The notes under the pieces: model-generated
The model's database searches: none
The model's input: the letters and a program-made list of their open reading frames with translations, nothing else
Told to the model about the DNA's origin: nothing
Part shown: in pieces, positions 6,831-18,800 of the stretch
Layout of the letters: each line of letters opens with the position of its first letter
How positions within the stretch are numbered: the first letter of the stretch is position 1
Program-made: the position numbers and the translations under genes
Source of the DNA: an uncultured bacterium
GTDB taxonomy: Bacteria; Auribacterota; JACPWU01
Direction: 5' to 3'
DNA length: 32,000 bases
Assembly (NCBI GenBank): GCA_964640155.1
Contig: CAZXEQ010000001.1
Location: forward strand, 111,256-143,255

Positions 6831-9800
6831 TTAAGCAGATATTTCAACGAACGATCTTCCAGTGGTTATTTCTTTCCGGTGAGGTCGTGGCATAGGATCT
6901 TTTTCATGCACTACTACAATGTAAATTGTTTCTTCTCCACTCATCTTTTGTCTTTGCATAGAAAAATTCTCAATCCGCATAGATTCATGCCCAGTTAAAG
7001 ATTCCCCTTCTAGCAAAGCACTTAGAACAATTCTTAAATCCATGGGACCTTTTGAGAAATCAATGTAAATTCTCTGTGTTAATCCTGCACGCTTGCCCAT
7101 CATTTGACTTAAAAGTTGCTGCAAAGCGGATGACAAGGGAATACTTTTGGGCTCTCGGCCTACTCCTTGATTAATTCTTACTTCTGCCATTGAAAGATCA
7201 AGTTCTAGGCCTTCAGAATCTTTATTCAAATATTTCTGAATTTGATCAACTAATTGGGCTACACGATTCTCTTTTTTTCTCTTTTGAATTTGAGCTGCAG
7301 AAGAAGCAACCGTTCTCTGTTCGTCCGCTGGAAGTCTCTTAGATAACTCCTCCACTGCTGCTTCAAGCAAAGCTCCACGTAAAAAACCTAGAGGGATATC
7401 TCCTGCTTTTATGATATCTCCCCCAATGTCATCCATTTTTTGAGCAGAAACAATAATGGCTTTGGCTAATTCTTGAGGAGGAATTTTTTGGAGCAGGAGT
7501 TCAATCTCTGCCTTTGCAATAGCTTTTTTCAATTGATCTAAATCAGCTTGAGAAATTTGGGCATCTTGAATTACTTGCTCACTTGTTCTGGAATCTTTTC
7601 CTTTGTTATTCGCGACAACACCCCCGCTGTCATCCCCGAGTGTTCCTATCGGGGATCCATTTTTTTCCCTATATTCCCTTCTATTCATTTCAATTTTAAT
7701 TAAAGTAGTCAGAGCAGCATGATTATTTTTTAGAAGGAACAGAAAAAGATCCTTTCCTATGTAAAGAGTAGATCTTTCTTCCCTGGCTCTTTTAGCAGCA
7801 TCGCCGCCCATTCCAAAGTGAGCATAGCTTGTGCCTTTTTCATTTCTTGCTACATAAGTCCGGCCAGAAAAAAGCACAAGGCGTGTAGATTTGAAAAGAT
7901 TTTGTATGTCAGGAGATAAAGTAGAAACATATTGAGCTAATTTATCACCAAAACCAATTTTCTGATTATCCTGAGCCGCATTTTCAACCACAAAACTCAT
8001 GGCTTGATCTGTTACTTGCGTTTTAGTCGTGGCCTCAATTCCAGCTTCTCCTAAATCTCTTTTCACATCCTGCCCAACTTCTGCATTCTCAATCCCTTGC
8101 GTATGACTCACCTCAAAATCAGGGGCAAAACCTAAATTACCTGAAGGGGTTGAAGAAGACTGAGGTATAGGAGGAGTTGCTACGTTGGGACTCTTCTCTC
8201 TAACAAAAGCTTGGGCCGTACCAGTGGCTTTTAGATTGCGAGATTTTAAAATACCACTAGAACCTCCTTTGACTATAAGTTTAATAAAACCATTCAAAAT
8301 TTCATATTTACCTTCTGCCTGTAATCTTTCCTCCACCTTTTTCAAAGTCTCCATTGGACTCACCAAAAATCCTACCATATTCAAAAGCATACGCTGACGA
8401 GGAGAAAGTTGAGCTTCAGTGGCCTTCGCCTCTGCTTCATGCACCCATCCTCCATTGGCTTTAACATAAGCTAAGACTTCAGGAGAATCCCATCTCAGAA
8501 CGTTATCTTTAAATCCACTAACATTTACTGTTAAATTTTTAGGATTTGGATGTTGTCTAAAAAATTCAAAAATAGTAGCTAGATCTTGTACTTGTGTATC
8601 GCGCAAATCTAATTTAGTTAAATTTAAACCATTTAATGCACGAATGTCTTTGTCTTTTACAGGTTGCATCCAAAAGATTAATTCCTGTAGATTTGTTAGA
8701 CTTTTTAATTTATGAATATTTTTTATCTCTTTAGCGAATCTTAAATCTAAAGAGAAAAACCCTTCTTTTATTTTGAATGCAATTTTAATTTGAACTTCAT
8801 CCAACTTTAAATCTTCTCTCAAAAACTTTAAAATCAATTGCTTTTGTCTTTCCTGTTCAGCATCAGGAATGGGTGAAGATTGTGAAGTTACCTTTGCTTG
8901 AACATCTTCTGCATTTTTTCGGACAATATAAGCTTTCACTTCAGGAGAATCATAGTTATACATATGCTCATCTGTGCTCATCCTTCCTTCATTTCTCAGA
9001 GTAACTCTTAAATTTTCAGGATGAGGATGCCGTGTAAAAAGTTCACCAAGACCAGGCATATAATCATTAAAGCTAAGTTCTGTTTCAAATACCCTAAATA
9101 CAGAGGAAATAATTAATTCAGATAAGTTTTCTAACCCATAGAGAGGCGATAAGTCATGAACCAAAGTGTTCAACACTAATTTTTTTAAATTCGTCAACCC
9201 ACTCAATTTGCGAATGTCTTGCACTTGCGTCCGACTAAGATCTAATTCAAGAAATCCATCGTCTCTTACTGCAAATCGTCGATTTATTTCGTCTGAATCC
9301 ATACCAAGATCGTTTAAAAAGTTCAGAATCACTTCCCTTTGCCGCTTACCCTCAGCATCAGATATGGCAGCGATCCCAGCAGTCCCTGTTTTTACCGCAG
9401 CTTCTTCTGCATTCTTTCGAGCGATATATTCCTGCACATCCTTGTCATCAATTTTGTATTCTCTTAATTCTTTTGGAAGAACTCTTGTATTTACTTTAAA
9501 ATTTCTGCCATCGGGATGTTGTCGAAATAATTCGAAAATTTCGTCCTCTGAAGAAGTAAGTCTCATAATTACTACTTCCGTCAAATTTAAACCTCTTAAT
9601 GCAGAAAGATCACCAATATTATTGAATACTACTTTCTTTAATCGAGTCATCCTTTTTAAAAGAGAAATATTTGGATGATCAGTCGCCAAAGAATCAATAT
9701 CTTGCCCTTCAAATTTAGGAGGACGTGCTTTATAAATGAAACTCAATTCTAAGAAATCATTTTCTTTTACCTCCAAAGCCTGGCTTATTTGGTACTCAGT

Positions 9801-12800
9801 TAAACCATATCCTCTCAAATATTCTTCAATTTCTCTTTTTTGCTCTTCAAGAGACAATTCAGGCTCAGAGTTTTCTAAAATACCCACTATAGAAGGTAAG
9901 GCTCTTAATACTGCATCTCGATTTTTGCGAGCCTTATAATCCTTCACTTTCTCAGAATTCTTGTTAAGAACTTCTTCTCCAAATTTTACTTCCAAATCAG
10001 GGTTTGGATGAGTAAGAATAAGCTCAAAAATCTGATCCCGAAATTGTTCTTGATCTCCTTCACTAAATAAACTAAATAAATCAGTTACGCGAATACTTAG
10101 CTGTTTTAAACTTCTTAATTTACTGATCTCCTTCAGAGCGATAGGTGTAGTATCAAAACCGAATTCTTCTAAGTGGGCTAAATCTTTTAAATCATCCAAG
10201 TCTCTAACTTCGTGACAATGTGCTAAATACAATCTCTTTAAATTTTTTAAGTTTCTTATCCCACTCAAATCTTTTAAATCACGCAAACCAAGAATCAATT
10301 CTTCCACTTGTCCTGCATTTTCTAAAAATCCGAGATTTTCAAACTCAAAATCTTGGACTATCATTTTTTTTAACTGCGTTAATCTATGTAATAGATCATT
10401 AAACTCTCTAAGTGCATCCTCAGAAAATGCTTTTCCAACTAAATTTAATTCTAAAACTCCACCATCTAAAATATTAATACTGCTTTCAGACAGTTTCCAC
10501 TTTTCTAAAAATGCTTCAACCAACTTCTTTTGTTCTTCTGCCTCAAACTTCTCACCTGCTTCAATTATACGTAATATTTCAGGATTTTCGGCATCATATG
10601 ATCTTGTACCATCTTGATTCACCACACTAAGATTCCTACGATTAGAATGAGCGTGGAAAAGACCTTGTATGAATATATTCTCTATTTCTTCATGTATTCC
10701 TACTCCTGTTAAATCTAGAGATACCAATTTTTTTAAACTAAGAAAAAGTTCATGCTCTTTTATTGTAATCTTAAATTTTGAACCATTAAGGTCCAAACTT
10801 TCTAAATCCATTCCTTCAATGGGAGATAGATCTTTAATATTTAAAGTTTCTACCAATCTTAATTGCTTAATCCTTTTTCTTCCTCTTAAGAATTCTATAT
10901 CTTTAAGATTTAAACGGTTCAGGTTTACTTCTAAGAAGGCATCATACGATCTAGTTACAACTGCAAATTCTGCAGCATCCTTGCTAATTCCTCTTCCCAT
11001 AAGATCATTTATAATTTGCAGCCTTTCTTCTTCGACTTGCTGTCGATCGGCTGAAACTACTACTCCAGCAGCAGATGTTTGTAACATTTTTACATCGTAT
11101 AATTTTCCTTCTTTGTTAATCACCCGAAGATTTTGGCGATTGGGATGTCGCCAAAAGATTTGAAAGATAGTCCTATCATCAACAGCTAATCCTTTTAAAT
11201 TGAGTTCTCTTAGATTAACTAAACTTATCAAAACATCTATTTCAGGTTCTCCTATAACTACAATCGATCCTTCAAGATGTAACTCTTCTAAATGAGGAAT
11301 ACCTTCTAAAACTGAAATATCTGACACTTTTGTGCCATTTAAATTAAGGACTTTTAGCAAGGTCATTCCTCTCAAACGAGAAATGTCTGCAACACGGGGA
11401 AGATCACTAAGATTCAACGCAAGAAAACCATCCGGAGTTAATGTTAGACGATCTGAAATTTCCCAGTCATTCAATTGGTACTTTTCTTTTAAAAATTCTC
11501 TAATCTCTGCTTTTTGAGTCTCCCGGCGTTCTTCAAAATAAGTTCGACCTTCTGGTTCCCAACGATATTCTTTTTTTATCCTAGCATCGTCTTTCTTTTC
11601 ATTATCATTTTCAAAAAGTTGTATTGTTAAATTTTCTCGATTAGGATGGTGGATGAAGTATTCTAAAACCTTCTCCTCTGTTATATCTGAAGCCCATAAA
11701 GCCAAAACCTTTAACTTTGTCAATCTATTCAATCGAAGCTGTTCGGGAACTAAAGCTAAAATAGTGATTTCTTCTAACTGGGTTAATTCACCTAAACCAG
11801 AAAGGGGGATTTCATTTGCACCAGCTAAAAATATTTTCTTTAAGTAAGGCAATTCTTTCAATACTGCTATATCCGTATCAGAATGTCCCAATCCAAAAAG
11901 AATTTCACAAACACGTGTCATTCCTTTTAAGAAAGAAACATCTTCAGGATATGAACCTTCAAGATCTACAATAAGGAAATTACCCTCTTTAATAGTCACT
12001 TTCTTTTCAGCTGTTTCTCTAGGGATTGTCCTTGCAACTAAAGCATCGATGATTAATTTTCTTTGTCTTTCTACTTCAAAAGACTCGAATACCCTTATAT
12101 CTGCTAGTGATTTTTCAGGATCAAATCTTGCAATATCTTCCGTAGAAGCTCCGACAGCCTTTTTGGGAGTCATTCCCCAAGTCTCAACCTCTACTTTTCT
12201 TCCCTCGCCTTTACCTTTTAAAATATAAATACTTCCCGAAATATTCGAAGTTATAATGCGTTCCCCATCTGAAGACCATACAACACTTCCTTCACTACTT
12301 CTGACCGATTCATCCGATTTTAAATAAAGCACCCAGTCATCTCCCCCTCTTTTCCCCCAAATTTGTAATCTGCTTCCATCTGCCACAGATACTATTCGCT
12401 TACTATCTGGAGACCATGCAATACCAGTGACTCTACCCTTATGTTGTTTTGGTTCTGAACTGATCCATTGATTTTTTTCATCTTTCTTCCAAACACGCAA
12501 TGTCTTATCCGATGATGCGGACACAATTTGAGTTCCATCCGGAGACCATGACACACTGGTTATAGGACCCGTATGGCCCTTTAACACATCCCCACTTATC
12601 CATTTTCCTTCACTATCTTTCTTCCAAATATTCAATGTTCCATCAGCTGATCCTGATATAATTTGTGTTCCATCAGGTGACCACGCAACACCTTGTCCAT
12701 CCATTCTAATGGAACTCTTTCTTAAAAACTCTGGACCACCCCATTTTCCTGCACTATTTTTCTGCCAGATCCGCAATGCACCATCACCCCATCCCGATAC

Positions 12801-15800
12801 AAATTGCGTTCCATCAGGTGACCACGCAACATCACTTACTTTACTCACACGCTCCAGAAATTGTTCCGAACTATCCCATTTACCTTCTGCATTTTTCTCC
12901 CAAATACGAAATTTCCCGTCAAGCGATACGGACACAATTCGATTTCCATCAGGTGACCATGACACACTATAAACCGTGTTTTTATGACCCTCTAGGTTTG
13001 AAACGATCCATTCCTCATCTTTCTTCTCCAATAAACGTAACGGCCCTTCAAATAATCCTGCTACTACCTGTGTTCCATCGGGTGAACACGCCAGACAATG
13101 TACCGAACCACTGCGTCTACTAGAAACAGGAAGCTTTTCAGAATCTCGAAGTATTATTTTTTCTAATTCATAAGCATCAAACATAGTGACGGTTTTTGTG
13201 ATGGGGCCAAAGACCAAATTGCTTTCTGATTCAATGGATCCCCGATTACTACTCTCGGGGATGACAGGGTTTCCTGCTTCCTGCTTCGTACTTCCTGTTT
13301 CGATTTTTCCAATTGCATCCAAACAAACTTTTCCTAGAGCAATGGTAGCAGCAAGGCGCTGAACATCATTTCCAATTTCCAACATTTTCTCAAGTTCAGA
13401 TACATCCATTTTATCATTTTTCACTCGTTCTGCATAAATAGGGCCAGAAACAATTGCTGCCCCTAAACGCGCTAATGGACTCCCTTGTGTTATCACTTCT
13501 GGCGATGCATCCATAGCGTATCCTATCGCTCTTGTTATAGCGTACTGAACCATTTCATTTGTATCTTTTGCTATGTCTGAAAGAGGTATCTTCTTATTTT
13601 TTTCATGCATTTTTGCATAAACAGATTCAAATGTATCTACAGCAGCTGAAGCCACATTAGGATCTTTATCTTTCAGCATATTTTGAATTAAAGAAAGATC
13701 CACATCTTTTCCATCCTCTAACATTTTGACATAAACCAAACCTAAAGCAATCACAGCAGCCATTCGAATAGCAGCATTCTCATCTTGTAAACCTTTTTCA
13801 AGATTAGTAATCGACAGACCTTTTTCAACCTGTTTAGCATAAACACGTCCCATGATTTCTGCTATATGGTCAAGATGAGGTTCGCTTGAAGTTGTTAATC
13901 TTATTCCCCAATTTGTTATGTTGTTTGAGTTTTTCTCTATTCCCATCTCTACATATTGTATTCCCAAAGCAATCGCGGCAGCTCGGGACCCTGCAGGCTT
14001 TTCATCCACTTTTGCTTCTAGTTCCTGCTGTGAGAATTTCTTTGCATAAATGAGACCCAAAGCATCTTCAGCCTTTCGTTTAATCAATTCGTCTTTTTCA
14101 TTTTTTATACTGTCTTCCAATAACGCTATCCAACGTTTTACATTTTCTCGAGATTTGTCATCATCTGTTTGAGATGTTACAGGTTCTGCTTTTTTGGGGG
14201 TCTCTTTTGCCTCGGTTTTTTCAGCTTCTGGAGCCACAAGTAAAGCATGCAAAAATTCTGCTTCAACACAGGCCTGAACTTCATCTAATGTGGTAACGAT
14301 ATAGCTCCCTCGGGAACGAGTGGCTAGGTCCTGACGGATGAGAGCCGGATCACAATTAGAAGGGGCTTTTAATGCCGCTCTTAAGGTAGTGGGGTGATTA
14401 ATACCTTTTTGACGAACATTGTTTCCTGTATAAACAGTAACTGTAAAACCCTGACTAAAAAGATAAATAAAAGCAGCTTCACTCAGAGGATTCAAAGATT
14501 CAGGACCAAGTCCTTCTTTTGGAATAATTAAAATAATTTCTTTGGGAGTTTCTTCTTCGGTTACACCACTTTTTACAAAGAAACGATTGGGATCCCCATC
14601 CACTAACCCTTGCACATTTAAAGCACTTCCATCAGGGCCATAAACTTTAGATCCAAACTCAAGTTTATTTTGAAAGAAGGGCTTCAATAATTTTCGAAGG
14701 GCATTGGAACGCTCTTGAAATGTTGGGAAGAGAACCTCCAAAGGATCAGTTGTGCCTTCTGGTATTTTTCTTTCATGCTGTAATGACGCTTTTACAGCTT
14801 CATCAATAGAATTATATTCTGTATAAGTGGGAAGCCCATCTTCAATTTTCTGTTGATCGCGAATAATCTTAGGTTCATATTTACTCTCTTTCGCATGTGT
14901 ATTTATGAATGAAGAACTAAATAAGGATGGAAATAAAATAAAAAGAATCATATTAAAAATTAATACAATCCCATAGCAAAGCATAATACTTACGACAGAA
15001 GCTTTCCCAGAAATTGCAAGATAGAGAAAATCAATAGTAGTAGCAAGCTCAACCACTGTTAATAGAGGACGAAGAGATTTGATCCACTGAGGAATATCAA
15101 TTTCTTTTTCAGTCTTTGCTTGATCTATCACTCGATAACGGATTCTCAGCAAGACTTTTGCAAGCGTCTTTTCAATACCCGAAAAGATAGTATGATCAAC
15201 TTTTTTCAAAATCTTCCAAAGTGTTTTCAAACAAAAGAGGATTGCACGAACTGGAGTCATAATCATGTAATGAAGAATTGCATCTCGCATTATTTTAATT
15301 TTTGAAATTTTCACCATGACAATATTGGCTGCAAGACGATTAACTTGTGTCACCTTTTGAGGTGCTTCTTTGGATACCGAAAGAGCGCCAACCAAGTCAA
15401 GGGCAGCAAGTCTTTGATTTGCGACTTCTACTTTTGTAGCAGAAAGCTCATCACCGGATGTTTCTTCTTCACTCTCTTCTAATTTTTCTTCTTTCTCACC
15501 CTCAACAAGCTTTTCATAATCTAATATCATCTCTGGATGTTTGCTGAGCTCTCGCAGCATCTTGAAATATTGAAATTCAACTTCTTCTTGGTCCAAAGTA
15601 AGAGGGATCATTCCCCATTCACTTTCAAGAGACGTATCCTGGGCACGAATAGCAGGATCAACACCAATAATTGTTCGAGCTACATCCAAATACTTTAATG
15701 CTAATTTAAATGGGTTGGGCTTGTATTTACCTTGATGGACTTCCCAGACTTTATCTAAGGCTTCAATGACTTGCTTACTCATCAAACCACGTGCATAAGT

Positions 15801-18800
15801 GGATAAGGCATATAAAAACACGCTAGAAAATTTCATTTTAATTAACTTTTCAAAATTGGCTTGCTGAACCGCTTCTACAAAAGCAATTTCTTGATTATCC
15901 GACAAATCTACCTTTGGGAAATGATGTCGAAGCGCATTTTCCATGCGATGGTCTTCTAGCCACATATAAAGATTGAACCAACTTTTCCGAGGCCACAATT
16001 GTTCAGGGAAAATAATGAGATGTGTAAAAAGGCCGTGGCTGGCTTCATGGTCGAGTACCTTTGGATTTTCCCCAATCGGATTTTCCGTACTGAGAGCAAT
16101 CACATGTTTTTTGGCATCATAATAGCCACCATTTTTCGTGACGGCATCCCAAGCCAATCTTACTTTTCGGCCATTGACTGGAATAATCATTTGAGCATTT
16201 TTTTCAAGGACAATTGCATTATCTACTTGAGTTGATTCCTGATATTTTTCTGCTTTTTCATAATCAAAAGTTTTTCCATCCGCTTCTAAAATTTTGAAAT
16301 AAACTGGGCCGTAGATCTTTGAGAAGATTTGAGAGAAAAGGTCTTCAAGAAGTAACTCCCCTTGATCCCCTTTTAACATAAGAGGGGAAACAGACTCTCC
16401 CCTTACGTTAAGGGGAGCTGGAGGGGTTACTGCTGCCGCTTCTCCTCTCACTAAAAGCTCTCCTGCCCTGATAAGTTCACGAATGGTCGGTCTTTCAGAA
16501 GGATTCTCAATGGTATCTCTTAAGTAGCAATGCCACCCGACCAAACGCTTCAGTAAATCTGGAGAAATTCTTCCCCCTAACGATTCACGCAAAATTTCTT
16601 CCAGTTCTATTTGAGGGTAATCACTGATGCGATGATAAATCAAACGATTCTGCAAAGCCGTAGAAAGTCGCTCACGTCCACCAAAATCTATCGAATTAAT
16701 AGTTCCAATCAGAGCAAAACCTTCAGCCGCTTCTCCTGTTAAAGAGGCATTGAGTTTCCCCTCTAAAATAGCCGAAGGAATTTGATTCATTTCACTTAAA
16801 ATAACAATGGAACCCTCTCGTCTAGCACGCTCAATCACACGCGCCATATCTTCATAATTTAAAGAAGCTGTAATGTGATAAAATTTCTTTGGATTCTTTC
16901 CTATTTCTTCTGGTTCATCGAGACGACCTTTTTGATACCCTTCTTTCTCAAGCAAATGGGCTGCAACCAAATCTTTTCCACGTCCTGAAGGTCCCTCAAA
17001 GAGAAGACCACGTTTACCTTGAGGAAAAGTCTTTTCCTCAAGCGCATCAGCCAAACGGCGATCTCTCATTAATAAAAACTGTTTCACTGTGTCTTGAAAA
17101 TCTAAGACGGACTGGGTATAAACAATAGGGGGTTGGCCTTCTGCACGATGAACTTCTCGGGCTCCTGTTTTAACTGATTTTTCTTTTAAAATACGTACCC
17201 CATATTTTTTAGCAATAATATGTTGAAGAGATACTCTTTCTTCAACTGTGAATAGACCTCGCATCACTTCCCATGCAATTTCAACCACTTGTTCAGTGCC
17301 TGTTGCAGGAAGTGAACGTACTCGGTATGAAATTTCTTGAATATCTCTTAAAGAAAAACTTCTTCCCTCTCCCATTTTCTTAAAAGCGAGAAAAAGATCA
17401 TAAATGATAGAAGCGTATTGGGCTTGCTCGGGTAAAAGATAATTCTTAATCTGTTTCTCATAAAAAGCTTGATCAAATTCTGAGAAATTAACTGTAGGGA
17501 CATAGCGTAATAAAAGATTTTGGAAGCGTCTGCCCGTCATTTTTTCCTGATTACCTGTAAAAATAATTTTATGACGATCTGTCAAAAAATGCTGACGTCC
17601 ATTAATCCAAACATAAGGTTTTGCTTCAAAAATACCTCCTAAAAAGGACCAAAAATCAGGATGGGAAAGATTGGCTTCATCAATCGTGAGAAGCCCTCCT
17701 TCGGTGTCAAGTGCCCATTGAGCAATAGTTTGAGTAATATAGGCAACTCTTTTCTGCTCAGCATTAAACTGACGTGCAACTAAAACATCACTTTCAGAAA
17801 TATCGGCACCGACCGATACAGGTCCATAATTTTTTAACTTTAATTTTTGAGCAAGTTCCTGGCTTAAATGACTTTTCCCGACCCCTGGCGGACCTCTTAA
17901 GAAAACAGCTGGATAAATTCCTAAAAGCTGAATACACTTTTCTTCACGGGCTTGAAGAATATCTTCTTGGTCATCCCCAAGTGCCACTGTCGTGATCGGG
18001 GATTCAGAACCGATCGGAATCTCCTTAATTCCGTACTTTGCCTTGTAATATTCAGCTCTCTCATGATCTCCTCGCATAGTTGCATCTCTAATTTGAGCAG
18101 TGCGAATTTGATTTAATGCTGGTTCATATTCTTCCTGTCTACCCACAAAAAAGCTTGGTATTGTTTGTCTTGCCAAAAGTTTATCACTCATTGTGTCCAT
18201 CAACTGCCAATAGCGGTCACGTAATGTCATTGGATAAACAATTTCATTTGTAATTGTTTTCAGACGCCTTCCATCAATCGTATCAGCACGCCCATCTTCC
18301 ATGGGGAAAGCTAATCTCATTTTAACGCGCATATATGCCGCCAATTCTGGAAAATCTTCATAGCGAGAAATAATCATTGCTTCAATCGCTTCTCTCCAAC
18401 CCTGGGGACCTAGACGACCTGTTGCTTGCCGATAGCGACATAATTGACGCAGTTGTGCTAATACGTAATTTACATGCTCAGGGTAAAGTCGTGCCAACTC
18501 CTCTGCCTCTCCCAACACAGGAAAAATATATCGGCCCCCATATCTTTCTAAAACATCTTTTGAGATAGAAGGCGAACCTGCTGCATTTCCAAATACAACC
18601 ATCAGCTTTTCTAATTTCGAATAATCCTCATCACTCATCACTCCAGTTTCACCTGGTTGATTAAATTCCTTCTGAACAATCGATTTAATTTCATCCTTGT
18701 CAGGAGAAAGAAATGCTTTATTTTTAATATGACTAAATTTTGATAAAGAACCGACTAAAATGAGTCGCCCAGAAAGTTCATTTAGATTCACTCTCTTACC

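Noticed and set aside
6096-6895. + strand ORFs 6096..6293, 6283..6585 and 6677..6895 over the higBA region
   Set aside because: They are antisense to clear HigA and HigB coding sequence and show no motifs.
10364-10371. Homopolymeric T8/A8 tracts inside the giant gene (also near 24348, 30600 and 31752) as possible phase-variation switches
   Set aside because: Runs of this length are expected by chance in a 25-kb AT-rich ORF. They are not clustered near the 5' end and I have no evidence of length heterogeneity.
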